Notes: generated by a model not told the origin, from the letters alone. A DNA stretch of 32,000 nucleotides from Clostridia bacterium (GCA_017411805.1 JAFQPI010000039.1:24942-56941); one strand, 5' to 3'. Counted from the first letter of the stretch, positions 1-9,928 are shown. Program-made: numbers and translations.

Positions 1-166
1 ACGCTTTCGGTTTCTTTCAATATAATACCATATTTTTCGACAAATGTAAAGTCAAAAATGAAATTTCTTTATAGTTATTTTGAACGAAAATACTTTCGCT
101 TTATAGTTGAATCTGCCAAACACGTAAAAGGAAGATATTTATTTTCGCATTTTTTTGCCCCTTCTA

Positions 167-195
167 TTGCAAAAGTCTTTGAAAAGTGATATAAT
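167..195 (+). promoter_or_regulatory. Sigma-A type promoter upstream of murE-like gene
   Basis: TTGCAA (167-172), 17-nt spacer, TATAAT (190-195) preceded by gTGa (extended -10). It lies 36 nt upstream of the ATG at 231. Confidence 0.6.
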
Positions 196-230
196 TAATT
201 TGTATTTTTATTAAAAAAGGGAACTTAATT

Positions 231-1766
231 ATGTCAGATAAGTTTTATACTATAAGGGATTTTATAAATGCTCTCGATAATTCGGGAATGCTCATGGGAA
301 CCGATATGTGGGATGACTATGCTTCCACAGAGGTCAGCGAGCTCACCTTCGATTCAAGAAAGGTCGTCCCGGGCACGCTCTTTATCGCCAAGGGCGTTCA
401 TTTTAAGGAGGAATATCTTTTCTCCGCTATCGAGAAGGGGGCAGTCTGCTATCTCAGCGATAAGATTATTGCCGATAGAGAGCATTATATCGCCGTGAAT
501 GACATTCGCGGTGCAATGGCACTCGTTGCGCGTATGTTCTACCGCGATCCGCAGCAGCAGCTGACAACCTTTGCAATTACCGGAACAAAGGGTAAGACCA
601 CAACGTCCTATTATCTCAAGGAGATCCTTGATACTTATGCGGCGGAGACCAATACCCGAGAATGTGGATTCATGTCCACCATAGATACATACGACGGTAT
701 CGAGAGGTTTGAATCGACCAATACGACACCTGAGTCTCCCGACGTTTGGCGTCATTTCTCGAACGCGGTGAAATCGGGAATCGAAAACTACGTCGTTGAG
801 GTCTCGGCTCAGGCTCTCAAATATAAGCGAGTCGAATGGGTCAATTTCAACGTAGCTGGCTTTACCAATATTGATAACGACCATATAAGCGACGTTGAAC
901 ACCCCACCTTTGAGGATTATTTCTATTCCAAGCTCAAACTATATGATAACTGCGGTATCGCATGCGTCAATACCGATGATCCAAAGAGCGACGTAATGCT
1001 TGACTATATCGGCGGCAGAGTTCCTGTGATCACGTTTGGTTCGCATGATACGGATACTATCTCCTGCCGAAAGATCGAAACTCTGCCTGACGGTATTTAT
1101 TTCGACGTTGTAACGCCTCTTTGGGAGAGAAGGATGAAGCTGACTATGCCGGGTGAGTTCAACGTAAAGAACGCTCTTTGTGCGATCGCAATGAGCTATG
1201 CCGTCGGAATCCCTCCCGAAACGATGGAGAAGGCGCTCGCGGTCGCGCGCACCGCAGGAAGAATGCAGGTCTTCAAGAGCGAGGATGAAAAGGTCATCGT
1301 TATCGTTGACTACGCGCATAACAAGAACAGCTTCGAGGTGCTTTGCGAGTACGTGTGCCGTACCTATCCCGAAAGAAAGAAGATCGCCTGCTTCGGACTC
1401 CACGGCTCAAAGGCGCAGAACAGAAGAGAAGAGGTAGGAAAGATCGTCGGCTCCTGCTGCGACTACGCCGTTATTTGCGAGAAGGATCCCGCGGACGAGC
1501 CTTTCGAGAAGATCGCGCATGAGATAGGCGTTCATCTTGAAGCTCTCGGATGTCCTTACGATCTTGCGGAGCTCAGAGAGGATGCCATTCGCCGCGCGGT
1601 ATTTGCGGACATCGGAGACAGCGTTATCATGTTCGCCGGAAGAGGAGCGGAAACTCATATGATCCGCCACGGAGGAGTGTATCATTATCCTTCGGATATT
1701 GAATCCACGATAAAGGTTCTTGGAGAATATGATGCAGTCATGGCTGCAAAAAAAGCCTCGGTCTGA
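231..1766 (+). CDS. murE: Mur ligase family, UDP-N-acetylmuramoyl-tripeptide synthetase (MurE-type)
   Basis: 511 aa. N-terminal LTFDSRKVVPGTLFIAKG motif is typical of MurE. P-loop GTKGKTTT, central and C-terminal Mur ligase regions (DYAHN, GRG). RBS AAGGGA upstream. Confidence 0.85.
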   Translation: MSDKFYTIRDFINALDNSGMLMGTDMWDDYASTEVSELTFDSRKVVPGTLFIAKGVHFKEEYLFSAIEKGAVCYLSDKIIADREHYIAVNDIRGAMALVARMFYRDPQQQLTTFAITGTKGKTTTSYYLKEILDTYAAETNTRECGFMSTIDTYDGIERFESTNTTPESPDVWRHFSNAVKSGIENYVVEVSAQALKYKRVEWVNFNVAGFTNIDNDHISDVEHPTFEDYFYSKLKLYDNCGIACVNTDDPKSDVMLDYIGGRVPVITFGSHDTDTISCRKIETLPDGIYFDVVTPLWERRMKLTMPGEFNVKNALCAIAMSYAVGIPPETMEKALAVARTAGRMQVFKSEDEKVIVIVDYAHNKNSFEVLCEYVCRTYPERKKIACFGLHGSKAQNRREEVGKIVGSCCDYAVICEKDPADEPFEKIAHEIGVHLEALGCPYDLAELREDAIRRAVFADIGDSVIMFAGRGAETHMIRHGGVYHYPSDIESTIKVLGEYDAVMAAKKASV

Positions 1767-1849
1767 CGAAGTAGTATAGTTATTTGTAAAAATCATTTGA
1801 GTTTTTGCAAGAAAAGTTTCAAAAAATTGCAAAATCAACGGAATTTTAC

Positions 1850-1878
1850 TTGACAAACCGATCGAAATGGTTTATAAT
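1850..1878 (+). promoter_or_regulatory. Sigma-A type promoter upstream of rpiR-family gene
   Basis: TTGACA (1850-1855), 17-nt spacer, TATAAT (1873-1878). Confidence 0.65.
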
Positions 1879-1918
1879 AACCTTTGAATCTGCGCGAAAA
1901 AATCGGGAGGCAAATTGA

Positions 1919-2782
1919 ATGAAACGCAACCTTATCGCAACGATAGAAGAGGGTATGCCAACCTTTTCTAAAGGACAGAAAAGAATAGCAAATTACATAC
2001 TTGAGCATTACGACAAGGCGGCATACATGACAGCGTCGAAAATGGGAGCTCTTGTCGGAGTCTCGGAATCGACGGTAGTCAGATTTGCCATTGAGCTTGG
2101 ATTTGACGGTTACCCCGATATGCAGAAATCCCTGCAGGAGCTTATCCGAATGAAGCTTACTTCGGTACAAAGGGTCGAGGTCACCAATTCTCTTATCGGA
2201 GAAGGCGACGTCCTCGATAAGATCCTTGTTTCCGATGCCGAAAAGATCCGCCGTACCCTTGAGGAGGTGGATCGCGATGCATTTGAGGCTGCCGTGGACA
2301 AGATCGTGTCCGCCGATAGAATCTATATCATAGGTGTTCGTTCATCCTCGTCGCTGGCGGGATTTCTGAATTTTAATTTCCGCATGATGTTTGATAACGT
2401 CAAGTTCGTTCAGACAACATCGGGCAGCGAGATGTTTGAGCAGATCATGTCCATAGGAAAGAATGACGTTATGATAGCGATCAGCTTTCCGAGATATTCA
2501 AAGAGAATAGTAAACGCAGTAGAGTATGCGCATAATGCGGGTGCCGACGTTATTTCGCTGACGGATAGCCATCAGTCCCCGATCGCGGGCGTTGCCGATC
2601 AGCTTCTGCTTGCAAGGAGCGATCTTGTCTCCTTCGTCGATTCCCTTGTAGCGCCTCTGTCGATAATCAACGCGATCATCGTTGCCGTATCGCGCAAGAA
2701 GATGGATGATATCCGCGTGCGCTTTGATAAGCTCGAAAAAATCTGGGATGAATACGAGGTCTACGATAAGGCGCAGGAGTGA
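1919..2782 (+). CDS. MurR/RpiR family transcriptional regulator (HTH + SIS domain)
   Basis: 287 aa. N-terminal RpiR-type HTH (QKRIANYILEHYDKAAYMTASKMGALVGVSESTVVRFA) followed by a SIS sugar-phosphate-binding fold (IYIIGVRSSSSLA). RBS GGGAGG 8 nt upstream. Confidence 0.85.
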   Translation: MKRNLIATIEEGMPTFSKGQKRIANYILEHYDKAAYMTASKMGALVGVSESTVVRFAIELGFDGYPDMQKSLQELIRMKLTSVQRVEVTNSLIGEGDVLDKILVSDAEKIRRTLEEVDRDAFEAAVDKIVSADRIYIIGVRSSSSLAGFLNFNFRMMFDNVKFVQTTSGSEMFEQIMSIGKNDVMIAISFPRYSKRIVNAVEYAHNAGADVISLTDSHQSPIAGVADQLLLARSDLVSFVDSLVAPLSIINAIIVAVSRKKMDDIRVRFDKLEKIWDEYEVYDKAQE

Positions 2783-2806
2783 ACCTGCCACGTCGGAAAA
2801 TTTGGT

Positions 2807-4072
2807 ATGAATAATTTTGAAAAAACTACGGAAAATATCCGCGTAGCCGTAATAGGCGGCGGCGCTGCCGGAATGGCAGCCGCCGCCTTTGCCGCGTATG
2901 CGGGAGCTCGGGTCGTTCTTTATGAAAAAAACGGCCCCGGTAAAATGGGTTGGAAGCTTGCAATAACGGGCAAGGGAAGATGCAACGTCACCAATGACTG
3001 CACCCGCGATGAGTTTCTTGAGAATATTCCGCGCAATCCGCGCTTCCTTTATGCAGCGTATTCCGCTTTTCCTCCGAGCAGAGTAATAGAGCATTTTGAA
3101 TATCTCGGAGTACCAACAAAGGTCGAGCGCGGCCGCAGAGTTTTTCCCCAGTCTGATAAGGCAAGGGATATCGTCGATGCTCTCGTGCGCGATCTTGAGT
3201 ATTCGGGGGTCAAGGTCATCGGAGGTGCTGTAAAGAACGTGACCAATGAAAACGGAGTATTTACAGTTCATATGACTCACGCCGAAAAACCGCGTGAGTT
3301 TGACCGCGTGATCCTCGCGACAGGCGGAATATCCTACCCGAGAACGGGATCTACGGGCGATGGCTATGGATTCGCAAGATCGCTCGGACATCATCCGACT
3401 GCGCTTACGGCATCTCTCGTGCCTCTCGTGTCGCCCGGAAAGCTATGCCCGTCGATGCAGGGGCTGTCACTCAAGAATACGGCTCTGACGGTCGTTGAGC
3501 GTGAAAACGGTAAGAAGGTATACGAGGATTTCGGCGAGATAATGTTTACCCATTTCGGACTGACGGGGCCTATGGCGCTTTCCGCCTCGGCGAGACTCGA
3601 AAAGATCACTCCGAATAAATATGACGTCCTTCTTGATCTCAAGCCCGCGCTTGACGAGCCTACTCTCGATGCGCGCTTGCTTTCGGATTTTTCAAAATAC
3701 AAGAACCGTGATCTCGCAAATGCACTAGGCGATCTTCTGCCAAGCAAAATGATCATGCCTTTTATTGAAATGACGGGCATTCCGCATGATACGAAGGTAC
3801 ATTCGATAACGAAAGAGATGCGCAGAAAAATGGTTTCCACATTCAAGTCGTTCCGCGTTCCGATCTCGGGCCTGCGTCCGATAAACGAGGCGATCATCAC
3901 CCGCGGCGGTATTCCTACGGACGAGATAGATCCTCGCACGATGCAATCGAAAATATGCGAGGGACTGTACTTCGCGGGAGAGATAATAGACGTTGACGGA
4001 TATACCGGAGGCTATAATCTTCAGATTGCATGGTCAACCGCATTCCTTGCCGGAAATGCGGCGGCAAAGTGA
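2807..4072 (+). CDS. NAD(P)/FAD-dependent oxidoreductase, HI0933/BaiN-like flavoprotein
   Basis: 421 aa. N-terminal dinucleotide-binding motif VAVIGGGAAGMAAA. GKGRCNVTN and C-terminal GLYFAGEIIDVDGYTGGYNLQ are characteristic of the HI0933 family. Confidence 0.85.
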   Translation: MNNFEKTTENIRVAVIGGGAAGMAAAAFAAYAGARVVLYEKNGPGKMGWKLAITGKGRCNVTNDCTRDEFLENIPRNPRFLYAAYSAFPPSRVIEHFEYLGVPTKVERGRRVFPQSDKARDIVDALVRDLEYSGVKVIGGAVKNVTNENGVFTVHMTHAEKPREFDRVILATGGISYPRTGSTGDGYGFARSLGHHPTALTASLVPLVSPGKLCPSMQGLSLKNTALTVVERENGKKVYEDFGEIMFTHFGLTGPMALSASARLEKITPNKYDVLLDLKPALDEPTLDARLLSDFSKYKNRDLANALGDLLPSKMIMPFIEMTGIPHDTKVHSITKEMRRKMVSTFKSFRVPISGLRPINEAIITRGGIPTDEIDPRTMQSKICEGLYFAGEIIDVDGYTGGYNLQIAWSTAFLAGNAAAK

Positions 4073-4171
4073 GATCGTGCTCTTAAAGGCATATTTTGAC
4101 CGGAATAAATAAACATTTTGTAAACAAACGAAAAAACGTGAAACTTTTTGTGATTTTTGGAGTCTTATATT

Positions 4172-4879
4172 ATGATGGACAAAAAATTTACCATGAAAAT
4201 TGCTATTGACGGACCCGGCGGAGCAGGCAAAAGCACTCTTGCCAAAGGGCTTGCAAAGAAGATCGGATTTGCTTACGTTGATACCGGAGCGATCTACCGT
4301 ACGGTAGGTTATGCCGCACGCAGCAGGGGCATCGCGCCCGATGATGCGGAAGCGGTATCTGCTATGCTGAAGGATATCAAGGTCGAGGCAAGGTTCGAGT
4401 GCGGGCGTCAGGACATGTACCTCGACGGCGAATTCCTCGGCGACCGTATTCGCGAGCATGAAATATCCCATTATGCTTCGGCTGTGTCGGCAATTCCCGC
4501 CGTACGCGAGTATCTTTTTGATATGCAGAGAAGCATTGCGGATGAAAATAACGTTATTATGGACGGCAGAGATATCGGAACGGTTATCCTTCCCGATGCA
4601 CAGCTCAAAGTCTTTCTTACCGCAACCCCGGAGGAGAGAGCAATGCGCCGCACGAATGAGCTTATCGAAAAGGGACAGGCCGCAAATTACGAGCAGGTCC
4701 TTGCCGACATCAAAGAACGAGACGAGCGCGACTCGAGCCGCGCGATAGCTCCTTTGAAGCCTGCCGACGATGCGATCATGTTCAATAATACCGGTTTTAC
4801 TCCCGCGCAGTCGCTCGAGAAGCTTCTCGGGATAGTTGCGGACAAGCTCGGTATTACGGAGGCGCAGTATGAAAAGTAA
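4172..4879 (+). CDS. cmk: Cytidylate kinase
   Basis: P-loop IAIDGPGGAGKST. The YVDTGAIYR and RDxxDSxR motifs are typical of Cmk. I placed the start at ATG 4172, after GGAG at about 4159; the ORF-track start at 4157 is a TTG. Confidence 0.9.
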   Translation: MMDKKFTMKIAIDGPGGAGKSTLAKGLAKKIGFAYVDTGAIYRTVGYAARSRGIAPDDAEAVSAMLKDIKVEARFECGRQDMYLDGEFLGDRIREHEISHYASAVSAIPAVREYLFDMQRSIADENNVIMDGRDIGTVILPDAQLKVFLTATPEERAMRRTNELIEKGQAANYEQVLADIKERDERDSSRAIAPLKPADDAIMFNNTGFTPAQSLEKLLGIVADKLGITEAQYEK

Positions 4880-5492
4880 GCTTTATGCGGTTCTGCATTT
4901 TCTTTTGGCAGGTCTGGCGAGGCTTGTCTTCTGCATTTCATGCAAAACGAGAAAGAAGGAACCTCCTCTTTCGGACGGAGCGCTTCTTGTCTGTGCAAAC
5001 CATATTTCGGTCCTTGACCCCGTGCTGATATGCGCGGTACTTAAAAAGCATCAGCCCCGCATCATGGCAAAAAAGGAGCTTTTCAGCGTTCCTTTTCTCG
5101 GTTGGCTCGTGCGTCAGTTGGGAGCTTATCCCATTGACCGCAAGGGCGCAAATGCGGACGTAATTATGAAGACGATCAAGATGCTTGAAGATGGCTATTG
5201 CGTCGGGATGTTCCCTCAGGGAACGAGACGCGCGGGTGTAGAACCCGAGACCACTCCCGTTAAAGCGGGCGCGGGACTTATCGCATCGAGAGCTAAGGCA
5301 AGCGTTTTGCCCATCCATATAAAGACAAAGGATTACCGTATCAAGGCATTCAGAAGGATCAAGATCACGATCGGAGATCCGATCCCTTATGAGGAATACA
5401 CCAAGGGCGGCGAGCTTGAGGGAGATTCGAGAGCAATTACGCAGTACATTTTCGACCGCATCTGCGAGCTCGGACGTGAGGGCGGCAAATGA
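4869..5492 (+). CDS. plsC: 1-acyl-sn-glycerol-3-phosphate acyltransferase
   Basis: Acyltransferase HX4D motif (NHISVLD) and FPQGTR motif. ATG at 4869 overlaps the cmk stop. cmk-plsC-ispH order is a conserved Clostridial arrangement. Confidence 0.85.
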   Translation: MKSKLYAVLHFLLAGLARLVFCISCKTRKKEPPLSDGALLVCANHISVLDPVLICAVLKKHQPRIMAKKELFSVPFLGWLVRQLGAYPIDRKGANADVIMKTIKMLEDGYCVGMFPQGTRRAGVEPETTPVKAGAGLIASRAKASVLPIHIKTKDYRIKAFRRIKITIGDPIPYEEYTKGGELEGDSRAITQYIFDRICELGREGGK

Positions 5493-7540
5493 TGCGCCAT
5501 GAGATAACCGTCGCAAAGCATGCGGGCTTCTGTTTCGGAGTCAAGCGCGCCACAGATATGATCGCTGAAAAAATCCGATCCTCGGACGGTGATCGGATAT
5601 TCACTCTCGGCAAGCTTATACATAACGATACCTATAACGCGGAGCTTGAAGCTTCGGGAGTGAGGGTGACAAGCATCGGTGAGCTTGAAGATCTTGCAAG
5701 GTCAACCCTGTATGGCACACCCGCGACGGTATTTGTACGCGCACACGGAGTAACAAAGGACACAAGCGAGCTTCTGGAGTCTCTTTCGGAAAAGTATTCC
5801 GGCTTTTCTTACGTTGACTGCACATGTCCTTACGTAAAAAAGATCCATCGTATCGCCGCGGAGAATTCCGTTCCAAAGGCAGATGGTGATGAGCCGATAT
5901 TCATTCTTATCGGAGCTCAAGAGCATCCCGAGGTCGTCGGTATAGTCAGTTATTTCGACGGGAAAAGTTATGTCTTTTCAACCGCTGATGAGCTGCGTGA
6001 GGCAATAGAAAAAAGAATATTGCCAAAAAATGACAATACCGTGCCGATTATAGCGGCACAAACCACTCAAAAGTTAACGGAGTGGAAAAATTCATTAAAC
6101 ATTATCAAAAAAGTATATACAAACGCACAAATTTTTGATACAATATGTAATGTTACGGAAATTCGGCAGCTTGAAGCGGAAGAGCTTGCTAAAGCGTGCG
6201 AGACGGTCATAGTCATCGGCGGACGCGACAGCTCAAACACCGCAAAGCTTTACGCGATCTGCAGGGAGAATTGTAATAATACGATCTGCATTTCCGAGCC
6301 GCAAGAGCTTGAAGGAATAATTCCGAGCATCCCACAAAAAGTGGGGATTGTCGCAGGTGCCTCGACGCCCGGCGGCATTATAGAGGAGGTATACAACAAA
6401 ATGAGCGAAATCAAACTCGACAAGGCGGAAATCAGCTTTGACGAAATGCTCGACTCAGCAATCAAAACTTTAAGTTCAGGAGACACCGTTACCGGTACTG
6501 TTATTGCAGTAAACGACGTTGAGATCAAACTCGACCTCGGCGCAAAAGTTACCGGCATACTGACCGCCGATCAGATATCCGACGATGCTTCTCTGAAGCT
6601 GAGTTCCGAGTACAAGATCGGTGACGAGATAGATGTATTTGTTATCCGTGTCAGCGATGTTGACGGATGCGCAACCGTTTCCAAAAAGCGCGCAGATCTT
6701 GACAAGAATTGGCATATCATCGTTGATGCCAAGGAAAGCGGCGAGAACCTTGAGGGTGTTGTTGCCGAGGCTGTCAAGGGCGGCGTAGTAATCAAGCTCT
6801 ACGGCGCAAGAATTTTCGTACCCGCATCGCAGACCACAGTTCCGAAGGGCGGCGACCTTTCCACCCTCGTTGGCCAGACCGTTAAGTTCAAGGTTATCGA
6901 GCTCAAGGGTCAGGGCAAGAGCGCAGTCGGTTCTATCCGTGCGTCCGCAAGAGAAGAGAGAAAGGCTCTCGAGGCTGCATTCTGGGCAGGAATCGAAGAG
7001 GGCAAGTACTACACCGGTAAGGTAAGAGGAATGACCGAGTACGGCGCATTTATCGACCTCGGCGGCGTAGACGGCATGCTCCACAAGAGAGAGATGTCCT
7101 GGAAGCCGATACATAAGCCTGCTGATATTCTCAATATCGGCGACGAGCTTACTGTATTCGTTAAGTCCTTCGACCTCGAGAAGAAGCAGATCACTCTCGG
7201 CTACCGCACCGAGGAGACACATCCTTGGAAGGTATTCAAGTCCCAGTACGCTGAGGGCGACGTTATCGACGTAACCGTTTCCAACATCATGTCCTACGGT
7301 GCATTCGCAAAGATCACCGACGATGTTGACGGCCTTATTCACGTTTCCCAGATCGCTCTTACCCGCGTTGAGAACCCTGCCGACGTTCTTACCTCGGGTC
7401 AGACCGTTACCGTTAAGATCACCAAGATCGACGATGAGCAGCAGAGAGTAAGCCTCTCTATCAGAGCTCTCCTTGAGGAGACCGCTGAGGAGCCCACCGA
7501 AGCTGAGATCGATGACGGCTACGCAGAGGATGCTGAGTAA
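5489..7540 (+). CDS. ispH: Bifunctional 4-hydroxy-3-methylbut-2-enyl diphosphate reductase (IspH) / ribosomal protein S1-like fusion
   Basis: 683 aa. The N-terminal ~290 aa carry IspH motifs (GFCFGVKRA, CPYV, HPEV, DSSNT). The C-terminal ~390 aa contain four S1 OB-fold repeats (G.V..V..-G..V.L pattern). ATGA overlap with the plsC stop. Confidence 0.9.
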   Translation: MMRHEITVAKHAGFCFGVKRATDMIAEKIRSSDGDRIFTLGKLIHNDTYNAELEASGVRVTSIGELEDLARSTLYGTPATVFVRAHGVTKDTSELLESLSEKYSGFSYVDCTCPYVKKIHRIAAENSVPKADGDEPIFILIGAQEHPEVVGIVSYFDGKSYVFSTADELREAIEKRILPKNDNTVPIIAAQTTQKLTEWKNSLNIIKKVYTNAQIFDTICNVTEIRQLEAEELAKACETVIVIGGRDSSNTAKLYAICRENCNNTICISEPQELEGIIPSIPQKVGIVAGASTPGGIIEEVYNKMSEIKLDKAEISFDEMLDSAIKTLSSGDTVTGTVIAVNDVEIKLDLGAKVTGILTADQISDDASLKLSSEYKIGDEIDVFVIRVSDVDGCATVSKKRADLDKNWHIIVDAKESGENLEGVVAEAVKGGVVIKLYGARIFVPASQTTVPKGGDLSTLVGQTVKFKVIELKGQGKSAVGSIRASAREERKALEAAFWAGIEEGKYYTGKVRGMTEYGAFIDLGGVDGMLHKREMSWKPIHKPADILNIGDELTVFVKSFDLEKKQITLGYRTEETHPWKVFKSQYAEGDVIDVTVSNIMSYGAFAKITDDVDGLIHVSQIALTRVENPADVLTSGQTVTVKITKIDDEQQRVSLSIRALLEETAEEPTEAEIDDGYAEDAE

Positions 7541-7560
7541 TTTCTATACGAAATAAAATT

Positions 7561-7592
7561 GGATCTGACTCATATGAGTCAGATCCTTTTTT
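7561..7592. terminator. Bidirectional intrinsic terminator between convergent ispH/S1 and DUF11 genes
   Basis: Perfect palindrome GGATCTGACTCATATGAGTCAGATCC (7561-7586), flanked by an A-run upstream and TTTTTT downstream. Confidence 0.8.
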
Positions 7593-7603
7593 ACTTCTTG
7601 ATC

Positions 7604-8455
7604 TTAAATCGTTCCCGTGATACGAATGACGGCATTGCCGGGTATTACGCCTACCTCGCCTGTTGCGGGATCTCTGACGTAGGTTGCCGCGGGTAGCGTT
7701 ATTGCACCGGGGAGAGATGTGAAGAGACCGCTCGTTTCGTCGTAAGTGTAGTCCGTTCCCTCTGTCCATATATCACCGTTGTAGGTCACGGTGATGTTCT
7801 CGAGAATGGGATCAAAGGTGTCGCTGACCGAAAGATCGGAGGTCACGGGAGCGTTGCCGCGGTTTTCGATAAGAAGGGTGTAAGTCAGCGTTCCGTTTTC
7901 TGCGACCGTCTCGGGCGAGAGCGACTTGAGGATCGAGAGCAGAGGAGTTTCCGCTGCGCTGATCGTTTCGCTTGCGGTAATGTCTCCGAGCGCGCTATTT
8001 CCCGATACTGTGACGCTGTTGGTTATGACGGAACCGACCTCAAGCGGAGCCTGGGAGTTCACGGTCGCGCTGTAGACGATGAAGGATGAGCCTCCAGCGG
8101 GGACGGTTATACCGCCAAGTGTCAGAGGATCGGTGGACGTAACGGTCGGAGGAGCTGTGAGATCACCGTTCACATAGTAAAGCAGAGAGCCCTCGTTGAA
8201 GCTGAGAGGAGTGACCTCGATGCCGTCGGCATTTGTGAATCTGCCGAGATCGTCGGTCAGCGTCAGACCGCTCAGGGTCGTGATACCGCTGTTGCGCAGA
8301 GCGATGACGTAGGTCACGGTCGAGCCGGGGATATACTCCTCGGAGAGCGCGGTCTTGGTGAGTGAAAGAGTCTGCACGATCTCGCCGCTTACGGTATTTG
8401 AAGTTATTGAATTCAAACCGTAAGTCAGAGTCGCGCGGTTGAAGAATGTTGCCAT
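7604..8455 (-). CDS. DUF11 (conserved repeat domain) protein with no recognisable signal peptide
   Basis: 283 aa from ATG 8455, with RBS AAAGGA 7 nt upstream. Two Thr/Ser/Val-rich beta-type repeats carry the DUF11-like signature (TVTYVIALRNSG..., LTYTLLIENRGNAPVT). The N-terminus MATFFNRATLTY is not hydrophobic. Confidence 0.7.
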   Translation of the reverse strand: MATFFNRATLTYGLNSITSNTVSGEIVQTLSLTKTALSEEYIPGSTVTYVIALRNSGITTLSGLTLTDDLGRFTNADGIEVTPLSFNEGSLLYYVNGDLTAPPTVTSTDPLTLGGITVPAGGSSFIVYSATVNSQAPLEVGSVITNSVTVSGNSALGDITASETISAAETPLLSILKSLSPETVAENGTLTYTLLIENRGNAPVTSDLSVSDTFDPILENITVTYNGDIWTEGTDYTYDETSGLFTSLPGAITLPAATYVRDPATGEVGVIPGNAVIRITGTI

Positions 8456-8566
8456 ATCGTTGTCCTTTCGCATGTTTTTTCTTCGGGATTATTATTCCCA
8501 ATAACATTATATGACGGGATTCGAGCAAAAGCGTCAAAAAAGCTTTACCGAATTTTCCTAAAAGAC

Positions 8567-8595
8567 TTGAAATTCCCTTTGAAAGCGAGTATAAT
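8567..8595 (+). promoter_or_regulatory. Sigma-A type promoter upstream of nagB
   Basis: TTGAAA (8567-8572), 17-nt spacer, TATAAT (8590-8595). Confidence 0.65.
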
Positions 8596-8631
8596 ATTAC
8601 TATCAATGTAAAAATGAAAGAGGTACAAATC

Positions 8632-9366
8632 ATGCTTACCAAAGACAGAGTTATCGTTTGCAAGGATTATGATGAAATGTCCCGCCGTGCGGCTGACGTT
8701 TTCGCCGATTACATAAGAGAGAATCCGACCGGAATTCTCGGTCTGGCAACAGGCTCCTCTCCCGAGGGTATCTATACTTGCCTTATCGAGGATAACAAGG
8801 CGGGAAAGATCGATTTCTCGGGCATCAAATCCTATAACCTTGACGAGTATTATCCCATCGAGCCCACCCATGAGCAGAGCTACCGCTACTTCATGAACGA
8901 CCGCCTTTTCGACCACGTCAATATCGACAAGGCAAACACCTTCGTTCCCGACGGAAAGTGCGCTGATCCCGATGCATTCTGCAAGGCATATGACGAGCAG
9001 GTTGCAGCTGCAGGCGGTGTAGGAATCCAGCTTCTCGGAGTTGGACGAAACGGTCATATCGGCTTCAACGAGCCCGGAGATGAGCTCATCGGAGCTACCC
9101 ATCTGACCGCCCTCTGCGAGAGCACCATCGACGCAAATTCCCGCTTCTTCGAGACCCGCGATGACGTTCCGCGCCACGCTATCACCATGGGTATGGACGG
9201 CATCCTTTCCGCAGAGTGCATCGTTCTTGTCGTTTCCGGAAAGGAAAAGCACGAGGCGCTTATGATGCTTCTGAGCGGCAAATACACCACAAACGCACCC
9301 GTAACCCTCCTCCGTTCGCATAAGAACGTATACGTATTCTGCGACGAGGCGGCATACAACGGTTAA
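8632..9366 (+). CDS. nagB: Glucosamine-6-phosphate deaminase
   Basis: GLATGSSP and GVGRNGHIGFNEPG motifs. I chose the start at ATG 8632 (RBS AAGAGG 8 nt upstream) over 8614, which has no RBS. Confidence 0.9.
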   Translation: MLTKDRVIVCKDYDEMSRRAADVFADYIRENPTGILGLATGSSPEGIYTCLIEDNKAGKIDFSGIKSYNLDEYYPIEPTHEQSYRYFMNDRLFDHVNIDKANTFVPDGKCADPDAFCKAYDEQVAAAGGVGIQLLGVGRNGHIGFNEPGDELIGATHLTALCESTIDANSRFFETRDDVPRHAITMGMDGILSAECIVLVVSGKEKHEALMMLLSGKYTTNAPVTLLRSHKNVYVFCDEAAYNG

Positions 9367-9368
9367 TT

Positions 9369-9920
9369 ATGAGCGAATTTTTTGATAAAGTAAAGCTCGA
9401 GGCGGAGACTGTCCTCAGAGAACTTCTCTCCGAGGCAAAACTGAAAAAGGGCGATATCCTTGTTATCGGCTGCTCGACCTCCGAGGTCGCGGGCGGAAGG
9501 ATCGGTAAGGACTCGTCAGCAGAAGCCGCAGAGGCGATCTTCTCGGCAGTCAAGCCAATCCTTGACGAAAAGGGAATATACCTCGCTGCGCAATGCTGTG
9601 AGCACCTCAACCGCGCGCTGATCGTTGAGCGCGAGTGTATGGAGAAGTATGATCTTCCCGAGGTCTGCGTAATGCCGCATCCCCACGCGGGCGGCTCTTG
9701 GGCAACAAAGGTATGGTCGGAGCTTGAATATCCCGTAGCCGTTGAAAGCATTGCGGCTCACGCGGGTATAGATATTGGTCTGACCCTTATCGGTATGCAT
9801 CTTAAAGCAGTTGCCGTTCCCGTCAGAGTAAGCATCTCAAAGATCGGAAACGCAACCATCACCTGCGCCCGTACCCGCCCTAAACTCATCGGCGGATGCC
9901 GCGCTATCTATCCCGATTAA
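9369..9920 (+). CDS. TIGR01440/UPF0340 (YwlG-like) family protein
   Basis: 183 aa. GDILVIGCSTSEVAGGRIG and the CEHLNRALIVER region are typical of the UPF0340 family. The gene starts 2 nt after the nagB stop. Confidence 0.75.
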   Translation: MSEFFDKVKLEAETVLRELLSEAKLKKGDILVIGCSTSEVAGGRIGKDSSAEAAEAIFSAVKPILDEKGIYLAAQCCEHLNRALIVERECMEKYDLPEVCVMPHPHAGGSWATKVWSELEYPVAVESIAAHAGIDIGLTLIGMHLKAVAVPVRVSISKIGNATITCARTRPKLIGGCRAIYPD

Positions 9921-9928
9921 AATACAAA

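Noticed and set aside
8474-8566. Sporulation sigma factor (sigma-E/K) promoter upstream of the DUF11 gene, suggested by CATATAAT.
   Set aside because: There is only a partial match to the CATACA-T or CATA---TA consensus and no convincing -35. The evidence is too weak to annotate.
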